DNA from: Hemiscyllium ocellatum
Lineage: Eukaryota
Reading direction: 5' to 3'
Assembly: GCF_020745735.1 (NCBI RefSeq)
Contig: NC_083431.1
Location: 8,336,496-8,400,495, forward strand
Length of the DNA stretch: 64,000 nt
Shown here: positions 24,836 through 37,407 of the stretch, piece by piece
How the letters are laid out: each line of letters opens with the position of its first letter
How positions within the stretch are numbered: position 1 is the stretch's first letter
Notes under the pieces: model-generated
Seen by the model: the letters and a program-made list of their open reading frames with translations, nothing else
Told to the model about the DNA's origin: nothing
Databases searched by the model: none
Program-made: the position numbers and the translations under genes

Positions 24836-26714
24836 CTGAAATAGAGCAGAAAATTCATTAACTCAGCTAGCAGCAGATACTTCAAAACATCGGTTAGACC
24901 AGCGCACTACTTTCTTCCTTTGACAAATCAAACAAATATTGGCTTCTTTTCATAAAGGTCAAAGTTCCCAATTTTTTTTTCTGCTGAGAGCAATTCAGAA
25001 ATTTGAGCAGGAACCCCCAAGTGCTGATATTATTGTTGAATTGTTTTCTCAACTTAAGATGATGTCAAGTGAACAGCAACAGAAAATTCAAACAGGGCAA
25101 AATCAATTATTCCTGACCAGAGCAAAGGACTAGGCAGAAAATATATTTCTGAGGGAAAGAATTTTTTCTCCCTCAAAATGGGCACCCTAGCGTTCATGAC
25201 ATTTCAGGACTTGATAACCAAGGAAGGTGCATTCAGGATACAGCCAAATAGGTCACATATTGTAAAAACTGTCTTTTTAAAAACAAAAAAAAATCAATTG
25301 TGGACTGAAATGGAAAAAGGACAGTTTAAAAACCAAGAACTGTGGAAAGGATTACAGTATTTTTTGATAAGCAATTTATTTTAAGTGCAGTTTAAGTGTT
25401 TTTAAATAAAGAATCAACCTGTTCAGTGAGGTTATTACACACGTCTGGAGCAGTTGGGACCTGAATCCAGGCCTCCTGGCACATAGATAGGGACATTACC
25501 ATTGTGCCACAGTTAGTGGAACCAAGGAGTGTGTACAAAGGGTGATTGGTCTGTGAAGTGGTGACCAATTGTTGATGAAGAAGACATGCTGTCTGCCAAC
25601 AACTATGTGATTTACTCCCAGGCAGCTGAGCAGTTTGTGTGTGAATGTTTGGTCAGAAACCAGCGGACCTCCAACAAGGAAGATGCTGTTCTCTTCTTTC
25701 GAGTTAAAAAGCCTCAAGTCTGAAGAAAGTCAGTTTCATTTGTCTCAAAAGTTGCTGCAAGCTGCGGCTTTTAGCCAATAAGTTGGAAATTTTATAAATG
25801 AGAACCTTGCGGTCCATGCATCCTACAAGCATGTAAAAGTAACTGGAAAAGGAAAATTGAACAGCAGTAAAATACTGATGAGTTAAAAACCTGCAGACAG
25901 GAACCATCGAACTGCTATCGCAATCCTTTCTCCAACCTATTATAACCATATGTTATTTGTGTTTGTCTATTTATAATAAATAGTAATTCTTGTTAAATAC
26001 TGAAACCTGGTCCATCATTTCAGTTTACCTTGGTCTAAGAAACAGGTGAATTTGAGAATTTTGCACATATTGAAGGTCAGAATGGCCTACTCCTGCACCT
26101 ATTGTCTATTGATAAAACCTTTAATTGTTGTGATGATTCCAAGAAGAGTAACACTTCATTTCTAACAAACTACCACTGTGAGGTTAACATTATCAACAAA
26201 TCTTTACAGCCCCTGCCACTGGTGTGGGATAAGAGTGGGAGAAATTCCTGGTAAGCCAACTGAAGGAAAGAAATTGGATCCTCTACCACTGCTGTAGGGA
26301 CATAACAAACCGAAAAAAAGGATTGTTCACAGTGCTTCAGAGAGAGAAAGTATGGTAACAACATGCTGCAATTTATTTCTCTACAAGGGAACCCATTAGC
26401 TCACTTTTTAACAAGCTGGAGCAGGGTACTTAAATTTCCTGAGGACAGACATTGCTTAGTGGACACATCGGAGTTTGAATAGAGTCAAATCAGAAAATCG
26501 TCCAGAAAACGGATAGTGCTGCAGCACCACCAATGGAGAAAACATATCTTACAGCTATTATTCAGTCTTCTCAGGTTCTCCATCGAAAGGTAGGTCTTGG
26601 ATTCAATTCCTGACTCGCTGGGGTGACCAGCGAGGTTTCTTCTCCTCAACGTCCCCTCACTTAAGGTGTGGTGACCGTCAGGTTATACTAGCAACCGATC
26701 CTGTTCTTGTTCTC

Positions 26715-27900
26715 TTGTAGATGTGATCTATATGGACTTCAGTAAGGCGTTCGACAGGGTTCTCCATGGGAGATTGATTAGCAAGGTTAGATCTCATGGA
26801 ATACAGGGAGAACTAGCCATTTGAATACAGAACTGGCTCAAAGGTAGAACACAGAGAGTGTTGATGGAGGGTTGTTTTTCAAACTGGAGGCCTGTGACCA
26901 GTGGAGTGCCGCAAGGATTGGTGCTGGGTCCTCTACTTTTTGTCATCTACATAAATGATTTAGATGCGAGCATAAGAGGTACAATTAATAAGTTTGCAGA
27001 TGACACCAAAATTGGAGGTGTAGTGGACAGCAAAAAGGGTTACCTCAGATTACAACAGGATCTGGACCAGATGGGCCAATGGGCTGACAAGTGGCAGATG
27101 GAGTTTAATTTAGATAAATGTGAGGTGCTGCATTTTGGGAAAGCAAATCTTAGCAGGACTTATACACTTAAGGTCCTAGGGAGTGTTGCTGAACAAAGAG
27201 ACTTTGGAGTGCAGGTTCATAGCTCCTTGAAAGCAGAGTTGCAGGTAGCTAGGACAGTGAAGGAGGAGTTTGGTATGCTTTCCTTTATTGGTCAGAGTAT
27301 TGAGTACAGAAATTGGAAGGTCATGTTGCGGCTGTACAGGACATTGGTTAGGCCACTGTTAGTATATTGCGTGCAATTCTGGTCTCCTTCCTATCGGAAA
27401 GATGTTGTGAAACTTGAAAGGGTTCAGAAATGATTTACAAGGATGTTGCCAGGGTTGGAGGATTTGAGCTATAGGGAGAGGCTGAACAGGCTGGGGCTGT
27501 TTTCCCTGGAGCATCAGAGGCTGAGGGGTGACCTTATAGAGGTTTACAAAATTATGAGGGGCATGGATAGGATAAATAGACAAAGTCTTTTCCCTGGATT
27601 CAGGGAGTCCAGAACTAGAGGGCATAGGTTTACGGTGAGAGGGTAAAGATATAAAAGAGACCTAAGGGGCAACGTTTTCACAGAGAGTGGTACGTGTATG
27701 GAATGAGCTGTCAGAGGAAGTGGTGAAGGCTGGTACAATTGCAACATTTCAGAGGCATTTGGATGAGTATATGATTAGAAAGGTTTTGGAAGGATATCGG
27801 CCGAGTGTTGGCAGGTAGGACTAATTGGGTTGGGATATCTGGTCGGCATGGACGGGTTGGAGCGAAGGGTCTGTTTCCATGCTGTACATCTCTATGACTC
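26715..27900 (+). mobile_element. 5'-truncated CR1 LINE (RT and 3' end)
   Basis: GVPQGLVLGP, KFADDTK and RGDLIEVYK motifs with stops; followed by a (TC)n tail. Confidence 0.93.
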
Positions 27901-28358
27901 TCTCTCACTCTCTCTCTCAAATGAGATAGCAGCCATATAGTCTGGTAAGACTTTATGACTTTACCTTTAGTCTGGAGCTTTGAATAGTGGTGGTGCATAT
28001 TTCAATTTTCTTTCCATCACATAGCTTACATAATCTCTCCCACTCTTACCTCCTGCCATTGGCATAGGTTAGAAAGATTTTCTGGTAGATACTTAACTTG
28101 TCTGGCCACATTTTGAACCCATCTTGGCTATCAAATCCTGGAACAGGACTTGAACCTGGAGCTTCTCTTCAGAATCAAGGAATCACTGCATTACAAATCT
28201 TTCCTCCATTAGTCATTAGCTACATACAATCAGCTCTGTTTCTGCAACCCCACAATCCAAACATTTACCAATAACCCCAAGTTTGGATATGTTTGAGTAA
28301 ATTAGATGGGACATTGAATGCTGGGCCAAACAGACTGGCCATGTCAGGCTTAAGCCAA

Positions 28359-28479
28359 CGTTTTGGAGGCTCACTGTTAACTAGTATGGTGACAAAATGT
28401 CTGAAAACAAACCGTCCAGCTCAGCGAGCAAACCTACATCCAGAATCTCAACCTTAGCTACAAATCTTCTCAAAACTTG
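28359..28479 (+). mobile_element. Penelope-type terminal-repeat fragment with 9-bp TSD
   Basis: Same family as 9273-9536. Flanked by TTAAGCCAA (28350-28358 and 28480-28488). Confidence 0.7.
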
Positions 28480-28571
28480 TTAAGCCAAGATTGCTAAGTC
28501 TGGCCGATTCTAGCCTTTGTTTGGTGGAAACAACCTGTCACTACCTAGTAACATCTACTTTAAAACTGCAA

Positions 28572-28678
28572 AGAGATGTGCCAAATAGTTGCCTTGCGAA
28601 ATACCACATCATTTAAAGGAACATTGGCATAATACTGGGCATAAACTATTTCGCAAGGAAACTATTTGGCACATCTCT
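28572..28678. repeat. 32-bp inverted repeat (1 mismatch) with 43-nt spacer
   Basis: AGAGATGTGCCAAATAGTTGCCTTGCGAAATA (28572-28603) versus TATTTCGCAAGGAAACTATTTGGCACATCTCT (28647-28678). Confidence 0.9.
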
Positions 28679-28917
28679 AATACCCGAGCAGAAGAACTGT
28701 TAATTGACAGTTACCTTCTAGCCCAGTAAATGAAGCTACATGGGAAGGGATTAGTGAGCACTCATGGAAAAGTTGGAAGGTAAAAATAAATACTTTTTCC
28801 TTGTATTTTGGGAAAAATAGATTATTTTGCATAGTTCTAAAACATGTTATGAAGTAGTTCATCTATGGGTGGAGGAAGAACATTTGAGGGAAAGCAATTT
28901 AATTGTTTTGCAATTAC

Positions 28918-29011
28918 CTTAAATTTCCGTTTTAGTGCTTGTGTCATAACTGGTGTTAGTCCTGTTCCAGTGTCCCGGTTCTCTTTATGAAGAGGTGTGC
29001 CACCAGGGCTT
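28918..29011 (-). CDS. PRR11: PRR11 coding exon (SPGGTP, KEN box, ALKRKF)
   Basis: 94 nt, gtag|A ... AAG|gtaatt. (R)[31 protein letters not shown] is near-identical to the recalled human PRR11 C-terminal block. Confidence 0.95.
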
Positions 29012-30271
29012 CTACAACCATTATTTCACAGGGTAAGTAATAGTATCCAACACCTTCCCAAAACACATTCTTTCAATTCAAAGTTACTTCTGGCATCATC
29101 TGTTTTATAGAGCAAGGTTCAAATGAATTACCAAGTTTTAAAACAAAAACAAAAAACTGTTGGAGAAATTCAGCACAGGCCTAGCAGCATTTGTGGAAAG
29201 ATAGTACAGAATTTCAGAAACCAGTTCTGCAGAAGCATCACTGGACTTGAAACATTAACTGATTTCCTCTTTCCAAAGATGCTGCCAAACCTGCCGCGTT
29301 TCTCCAGTAATTTCAATGTTTTTGTTTCGGGATATACAGCATCTGCAGTTGCTTTTTTCTCCCCAGGTTTTGAATGTCAGTTTTGATAAATGATGAAACA
29401 ATATTAATTTACAAAACTTCTGTTTCTGCTTCAGGCACTGCTAAGTACTGAGAGGATGGCATTTTAGGAAAAGTAATTTACTCCTCGATAAAAATGGGAA
29501 AGAACTGCGGATGCTGGAAATCAGAATCAAAAACAGAAATTGCTGGAAAGGCTCACCAGGTCTGGCAGCAGCTATCAAGAGAAATCAGTCAACATCTCAG
29601 GTGCAGGGACCCCTCCTAAAATTTTCCAACAATTTCTGAATTAGATTGGCACCTTACTTGGGAAGGAGCCAAACGTAGAAAGGAAAACTTCTGAATAACA
29701 GCAGGCAAGGGAAGACTGTAAAAGTGAAAAGGCTTCTTCTGGTTTACATAATAGAAGGAGCATGGGTATGCCAAAGATATAAAAATCTCCAATGTTTTAT
29801 TTCTAAACAATTGAGCGAGCCAATTTTAACAAGAATGGCAAGAGAGTGCCAGTATTGTTTAGCAGATGTGGAGTAGTGGTGAGACAACTAAGCAAAAGTC
29901 CCTCAAATATTAGTCAGGAACATCCTACTGGAAAGATGGAGAATTTTGGGATAATCATAATCAAACCTGACAGCAATATTCACCCTTAGTCAGCAACTTT
30001 CCAATGTTCACCACCTCAGATCAACTGAATAATGTAGGCTTAATACAGGAAAGAAACCAGTTTGATTAAAACTATAACTCAAGGTGGGAAAAATGTTTCC
30101 AATAATGAGGTGAAAAATAAAAAAAACAATTTTCCAGGTTATGATTTAAATGTCCAGTTATAATATACATGAAAGAAACAGAAGAGAACTTGCTTCATCA
30201 TTTTTATAACGAGTTGGCTGCAATATACCAGAATTACTATAGTTCATTATAGATTGTTTAAAAATATTAGA

Positions 30272-30626
30272 CAGCAAAATTGTATTAACTGGCACCTACA
30301 GGACCAGGAGTGTATCCAATGGATCAAATATTCTGGATAATCTAGAGGTCCATGTATTCAACGTTAAAATGCACATTAAGTTATAGAAATGCAATACAGT
30401 GGGTAAACACATCACTGTTATACTTTATTAACTACACGTCATTCAAATAATAACATAAACAAAACTTACTGGCAGATAGCCTTTTCACTTGCACTCTCAA
30501 CTGCCTACTTGGACATTGCGGAGATTACAATAATATGGTAAACTTTCAGTATTTCAGGCATATAATTTTTTGCCAGTTTATCGAGAGTGACAGTTCATTC
30601 GGTGTCAGTTAAAACAATGTTTGCTG
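30272..30626. mobile_element. Tigger/pogo-like MITE
   Basis: Imperfect TIRs CAGCAAAATTGTATTAACTGGCACC / GGTGTCAGTTAAAACAATGTTTGCTG, with TA on the right flank. Confidence 0.6.
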
Positions 30627-30668
30627 TATTTACAAAAGTGAATAATGACATTTATTAGCTAATATTAC

Positions 30669-30731
30669 CTTTCTATAGCAACCTTCTTTAGACGTTGCCG
30701 AAAATTGACCACAGGTTTATGTGGACTGTTC
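30669..30731 (-). CDS. PRR11: PRR11 coding exon
   Basis: 63 nt, ttag|G ... AG|gtaata, phases 2/2. (M)NSPHKPVVNFRQRLKKVAIE(R). Confidence 0.9.
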
Positions 30732-31254
30732 CTAATTAAGAACAAAGAAAATCCAAAAATTGAAGTTAAATTGAGGCAATTCTTCATTTAGATACGACCT
30801 TGAAATTTGGAATATTATGCAGACACCATAATTGTACAGCTAGTCCTTTAAAAAAAAATTGAAAAAGGCATCCACTTTTGACAAGATTTGAACCAATAAC
30901 ATCTTTTATCTTTGGCTCTCATTTCTAATTAACAGAAAAGTTCAAACTTAGAAGATCAAATCTTCATGGAAAAATAAGTTCACACAGAAGTATTCAACTT
31001 GTTACTTTGAGAAACAGAAGTAAACTTTGTTCAAAGCATAAAGCAAAATCATTACCATAGTTTGAGTGGGTCCCATAAAAGTTAATGCAATAAACTTCTT
31101 GCTGAGAGCTCTGACGATTAACATTTTGAAAACGTTGTCTTATTCAGCTATAATTACACCAAACATAAACAGTGTAATATTGTTTTGATGCATTGTTCAT
31201 TATTAAAACTTGCAATTCAGGGTGTGATAAAGATTTCCATCTGTGTCAGATAAT

Positions 31255-31590
31255 TCAAGTTCCACTCCAGGGCACTGAGGACATAATCTTGGATGACACT
31301 TCTTATGCAGTACTGAGGAAATACTTTGCAAGCAGAACTGCTGTACATTAGATGAATCATTAAACTGGTGCCTTGCACACCCTTGAACACCTCCCAATTA
31401 TTACCATTAACATTTATTTCTCAACTAGTATCTCTAAACAGGGTTTCTAGTCATAATCATATTGTTGTTTGTAGGATCTTTATGTGAAAAGGGCTGCAAG
31501 ATTTAAAATATAACAGACTGAACACATTTCAAAAGTACCTGTATTTTGTTATAAACCCTTGTCATGAAATATTATGTAAATCCAAGTCTT
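31255..31590 (+). mobile_element. SacSINE1/Deu-type SINE remnant
   Basis: TGACAC...TGCAGTACTGAGG, ACATTTCAAAAGTAC and AAATCCAAGTCTT motifs shared with the other copies. Confidence 0.6.
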
Positions 31591-31793
31591 CATATTTTCT
31601 ACTTTTTCCACAAATGCAAATGTTCAATTTGGAAATAAAAACCTTCAAAACTAAAGATTTTAACACTTGCTTAAAAGCATATTGCTGATTAATAATCATA
31701 CTGAAATGCTACATATAATTGAAATAATGGTTATTTTGTTACACTATTTAGGGATCACAAGATCATTGTTACGAAAGGACCTTACAGGCTTAC

Positions 31794-31900
31794 ATCATTT
31801 TTGCTGGTTTCTGTAGTTGGTTAGCTTTTGTCTGGAAATTAAAGCCTTGTAGATCAGAAATTGTGACTAAAGGAGACCTTTTCTTTTCTGGTGTATTCAT
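31794..31900 (-). CDS. PRR11: PRR11 coding exon
   Basis: 107 nt, ttgcag|ATG ... AT|gtaagc. MNTPEKKRSPLVTISDLQGFNFQTKANQLQKPAKM (recalled human RNPLVTVSDLQ). Confidence 0.9.
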
Positions 31901-32289
31901 CTGCAAACAAAGAATGCATCGTAGTACTTCAGACAATAACAATGAAGTAACATGAACATCCACACAACCGAACTTCCAGCCACATCAATGGTTAGGAATA
32001 TCTGTAACTTATTGGACATATTATGCAAAGTTTAAAAATATACACACAGCACAATTCTGAAGTGAAAAATCTTCCCGTTAAATATCATTTTCATGATCTG
32101 GCCAACCAGAGATAATTATTTGTTTGCAATTATGGTCTATAACTTAGCTAAAACTTGTAATCATTATTTTGCTAATTACTTTGATACAAGTAATGCAACA
32201 GCAGGACTAATTATCCTCTGTTCCTTCACATATTGTTTTGAAAATTCCAGAAAGATTTGCTTGAATGGAAATTTGTACACAGTTCTCAC

Positions 32290-32388
32290 CTCTAGTTCAT
32301 TTACTTTGTTCTGCGTCTTCCTCAGTTTCACTTCAAGTAAATCCTTTACCGTCACAGATAATGATCCACCTATCCTCTCAGGATCAGT
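32290..32388 (-). CDS. PRR11: PRR11 99-nt exon, duplicate copy B
   Basis: ttcatag|ACT ... GAG|gtgaga, phase 0/0. TDPERIGGSLSVTVKDLLEVKLRKTQNKVNELE. Confidence 0.88.
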
Positions 32389-32463
32389 CTATGAATGCCA
32401 CAAAGTGTTAGAAAGCACAGTCTGTAATAATAAAACAAATAGCCTCATAATATTAACACCAAC

Positions 32464-32562
32464 CTTTTTTATTTCAAATCCGTCTGTAGTCTTCCTTAGT
32501 TTTACATTAATCAAATCTTTCATAGTTATGGACAGTGGTCTGTTAATTTCCTTAGACAGCGC
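32464..32562 (-). CDS. PRR11: PRR11 99-nt exon, duplicate copy A
   Basis: ttcatag|GCG ... AAG|gttggt, phase 0/0. ALSKEINRPLSITMKDLINVKLRKTTDGFEIKK. Confidence 0.85.
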
Positions 32563-33069
32563 CTATGAAAGCAAGGAGACAGCAATGAAAAAAATCTACA
32601 AGTCACATTATTATTTTGTTTAGAATTGCTTCAGATTATGCTCAAGATAATCGCTGTCATATTTAAAACTTCCGGAGTTGAGAGATTGACATTTGTTGGC
32701 TCCAAATTAAGCAACAGACAAGAGATTACAATGAATTTTAACATTGGTGAAAGTGAATAACAATGAAAGTTAGGAGTCGTATATCAACCAGATTTCCATG
32801 GCTTAGTACAAGGAAAATTACCCTAATTTTACAGGATGAAGTAAGTGAAGGCAGAAAGTGAATTTTCTCTTTAAAAGCTGTCCACAGTAATTTGTCACTT
32901 GCAGCTTCAATGCAACCAAATATCCCATAATTTCCTCAGACTCTTAGTTAATCACTCAATTTTCTCAATATTAGTTGTTCCATCCTAGTTGCTATTTCAT
33001 GATGATTCTGTTGCAAGAGAATTGGCATGGAATGGCATGTTGTGTCAAAACATTTTAACTCTCAGATTT

Positions 33070-33382
33070 GGGCGGCACAGTGGTTAGCACTGCTGCCTCA
33101 CAGTGCCAGAGACCCAGGTTCAATTCCCGCCTCAGGCGATCGACTGTGTGGAGTTTACACATTCTCCCCTTGTCTGCGTGGGGGTTTCCTCCGGGTGACC
33201 CGGTTTCCTCCCACAGTCCAAAATGTGCAATTCAGGTGAATTGGCCGCGCTAAATTGCCCGTAGTGTTAGGTGAATGGGTAAATGTAGGGGAATGGGTCT
33301 TGGTAGGTGGCGCTTCGGCGGGTCGGTGCGGACTTGATGGGCCGAAGGGCATATTTCGACACTGTAACTAATCTAATCTAAT
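33070..33382 (+). mobile_element. HE1-type V-SINE
   Basis: Colinear with 2817-3130, including the (TAATC)n tail. Confidence 0.9.
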
Positions 33383-34061
33383 TCAAGAAAACACCATGAA
33401 TTTTCTTAGTTCCCAACTCCCTGCTAATGGGAAATGCTCTCTCCTCTTCCTGTTTTCCAACTTTGACAACAATGGAACAGAATGGATTTGGGCTTGAATC
33501 TGGTCAAATGGTGGCAATAATAATAACTCCTCATTTTTCAAATTCTGCCACTGCATACTTCATGGCCTCAGCTCAACCTGACCCACAATTATACCACTGT
33601 TGCTTCACAATCCCAGGGTCAAAATCCTAGAGCTTTCTTCTTAACAGCACTGTGGATGTACCAAAATCACATGGACTAAGTGGTTCGAAAAGTCAACTCA
33701 GTGATGTCATCCCAAGGGCAATCTGGGATAAACAGTAAAGGCTGGCCTCGTCAATGATGATCACATACTCAAGTCCTAGAATGATACAGCACGAAAATAT
33801 ACTGTTCGGCTTAACTCGTCTACAGAAGCAAAGGGTCATTGTGAGAGTTGACTCCATGAACAGATGCAGGAGTATCAACAGTGGATCAAAGTTGACACTC
33901 TGCAGCTTTGGACTTCAGAGTTAAAGCATCTTAGAGACTGCTTCCTCATCCTATAACTGAGATTAGATTCAAGTATATAATTTATGTAGCCATCTACATC
34001 ACATTAGCATCTTCTCTAAACTCAAGATTTAGAGTTAAAAAACCTTAAATATTGCAAGTTC

Positions 34062-34272
34062 AGAAGTCATACAACACCAAGTTATAGTTTAACAGGTTGT
34101 TTTGAAATCACAGCCTTTCAGAGCACTGCTTCTTCAGCCGATGAAGTCACTTCAACTGATGAAGGAGCAGCACTCCAAAAACCTGCGATTTCAAATAAAC
34201 TTGTTGGATTATAACCTGGTGTTGTGTTACTTATGATCTTGTCCACAGAGTCCAACACTGTCCATCATGGCT
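34062..34272. mobile_element. Palindromic Penelope-type insert (further family) with degenerate hammerhead core
   Basis: Inverted arms ACAACACCAAGTTATAGTTTAACAGG / CTTGTTGGATTATAACCTGGTGTTGT. CTGATGA-AGGAG-CAGCA-CTCC-AAAA at 34156-34180. Confidence 0.6.
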
Positions 34273-34422
34273 GAAGTGACTCAAGTAATAATTCTACAAA
34301 AGTTCTGTAATTATTTGAAAACAGAATGAAAATTTCTTGATGATTACAAATAAGCATTAAGACTGCAATTTACATCTTAATTTTTATTTTAAATCTCATT
34401 CAATAGCTTAACACACACTCAC

Positions 34423-34668
34423 TTGCAAAGAATTTTCACTCCTAGTTTTCCGCTGAATCTGCAGTGGTTTCTGCACAAACACAGAAGGTGGTGGTAATGG
34501 AGGAGGGGGTGGTGGAGGTGGAGGCTGGGGAGGAAGGGCTCCAAATGGTTTTTGTGGTAAGGTACGACTCATGATTGGCTGGACTGGCCACACTGGTATT
34601 TTTGTGGGGCCTGGAGAGAAATCAACATATTTTCGATAGGAACATGAATCTTTTGAATTATTAGACTC
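34423..34668 (-). CDS. PRR11: PRR11 proline-rich coding exon
   Basis: 246 nt, ttacag|GAG ... CAA|gtgagt. ESNNSKDSCSY...LPPQPPPPPPPPPLPPPSVFVQKPL...SLQ. Confidence 0.92.
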
Positions 34669-37407
34669 CTGTAAGAGATAAAAAGAGAAAAATTCAAGGT
34701 ATTAGGAACTTTTTTTGGGGGGATGTGGGATAGGGGAGGTATTTAAAACTACCAACTGACATTGCCCATCAATATACACAAACACAAAACATTACACTGT
34801 ACTGTGTAATACAATTAATTATTCTATTTATTGTGCAAATATATTCCTGTTAAATTTACACATTTGGTGCAGCCAAAACCTAAATAAGTTTTACAAATTT
34901 CCAGACAAAAACAATTAAAAATAAAAATAATAAAAATAATGAATTATGCAAATATGAATTGGTGTGAGACATAATGGAGAATGGAAAGTTCACATTTTGG
35001 GGATCTAATGACAGTCTGAATCAAGGTTACTTTTGCATTGATGTGCACACCAAACTACTTTGGATTCAGTGTTGACTTGTGTTCACAATCTTGCAGAGCA
35101 TACGTACATGTTCCTTACTAACCCTGCTCATGTACATGACACTACATTTACCTGTATTATAATCTGCCAAAATTATGGGCAGTTCCTCTCAACCTTCATC
35201 CAGTTAAGATATAGATTGAGAAGAGTAAAATGTCATGAGTGACTGATTCCCATGCAGGTCTGCTGTCATTAATAACAAATATCTGCATTCAGGAATGCTA
35301 TCAATTTCTCGACCAACCCAAAATTCACTCCTACTCTCATATGATGTTAATCTTTTTGAATAGCCTATTAGGCTATTAGCAGCTTGACTTTTGAAAGGCA
35401 GAGTAAATATTTTGATCAGATCATCTGCCTCTGCTAAGGCTAATAATTTCCTCAACAAATTTAACAAGACACTATTTTCCCCCTCAGAAATCATGTTAAG
35501 TGTACCTAACCTCTGGTGTTGAGGTGTTCAATAATACATCTGCAATAATCATATCTAACAACATGCCTTCAACAAAAGCTAATGACAATAGGCATATAAA
35601 TTTTGTGTTTTGACTAATAAACTCAATAACTGTACCAGTTCAGCTTTTCTTCAGTCCATGGGAACAATCCTGGACCTTATAAAGTAGTTAAATATATTAA
35701 ATAGTGCAGGCTCCCCTTTCTTTGAATTTATCTAACATAGCTCAATCAGGACCAACAGTTGGATACGTTCAGAAAACCCCTTATTCCAACCTGGATTATG
35801 TCAGTATTTATTTTCATACTTTCAACTTTAGCATCAAAAATACAATGCAAATCAATATCTTGATAACATCACCTTCTATGGGAATACATGCAAAGTAGCC
35901 AATTAAAACCTGTGTTATTTTGTGGAACCTACTCAAAGGACTCAATCTCTTTGTGTAATCCTAGACACATAGACTTCAGAACATTATCAAGATCTATAAA
36001 CAAATAATGCAGAACATCTACTTTAATTTAAGGGACATTTCAAGTGGCAAAACATTCCCTCAGTGGATACAGATCGACTACATCACAAAAGATAGATTTT
36101 CAAATTGACAAAGCCAGTACTTTATCCACCAGTAGTAGCCTATTCCAGGAATTAGTGAATAAGAATGATTAAATGTGCAGCTGAGCTTAACATTGAGTTT
36201 GCATATTCAGGTTTTGCATGAAGTAATTTTAACCATTTCCCAAAACACTGAACACATCCACTCAAAATTTCCCCCTCTCAAATTACAATAGCTTCAACTT
36301 ATTATCCCCTCTTCATAGCTGTTTTCATCTCTATCTTTTCATAAACATAATATAATAGTACACAATATGATTTCCTGACCAATATATCCCTCATCCATTT
36401 TTACACTCATACCTGTATACAGGTTGGCATTCAGATTTAATTCGAAATTTACTTTCCCACTTTGTCAAGTCTTTTTGCAGGCAATTAAAAAGTGCTTTTC
36501 TATTCTAACAACAAAAATTTTTATTTCTTCACTTAATTGGCATCATTTACTAGAAATCAGCATTTTCAAGCCCTCAAAGATAACTTATATATCAGCATTG
36601 CACAAGGACATCAAATATCTGCTGCTATATGCAAGTCCAATTAGATCTATAACCCTTTGACATTACTCTGTTTTCTATTATTTAGCCAATTTATAGAGGT
36701 TCCACAGATTTGTGCTCCTTGAATATATTTTTACTCATTATATACATTTTTAATTACTACACATCTAAAAACTACTCTGTTTACACTATAGAATTAAATG
36801 CTAATAAGACTCTAGTATCTGGAGGTGAGAGGAGAGAGTTTTAAAAAATATTTGGAGGGATATGCGCCAGGGACAGGCAGGTGGGACTAGTTTAGTTTGG
36901 GATTATGTTCGGCATGGATTGGACAGACCCAAGGGTCTGTTTCCGTGCTGTATGACTCTATGAATCACGTCTCGATAATTCTAAAAACATAGGTTTTTTT
37001 TCTAATGTAGCTTGTTAGGAACAGCATTGCAAACACAAACTTCAACTGCAGTGTCCTTTAGTCTTATTTGGCCCATTAGCTTAAGAAATACATGATGTTT
37101 TTGAAAATGTTGTAGCAGAGTCATTTAGATCTTGATTTTTACTTCTCTAGAGCTTGGTGATGGTTTCTGTAGAGAAAGTTAGCTGACAATCTTAATATTC
37201 ATGACACATTACTTAATCATAGAAACACTGGTGATCCAAATTGTGGAAATTTTCTATTGAGTCTAATGATTTGATGATGCTTGTTATTTGTCCATGTGTT
37301 TTCACCTAACACAAGGATTTCAACATTTAGTAAACAGAAGCATTCTATATTGTGGATACACTGCACAAAACATATCCTGATTGAGGTGATCCATTTACCA
37401 AGTTTAC

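Noticed and set aside
32093-32623. 176-aa plus-strand ORF with an internal repeat
   Set aside because: Antisense shadow of the duplicated PRR11 exons; the repeat reflects that duplication.
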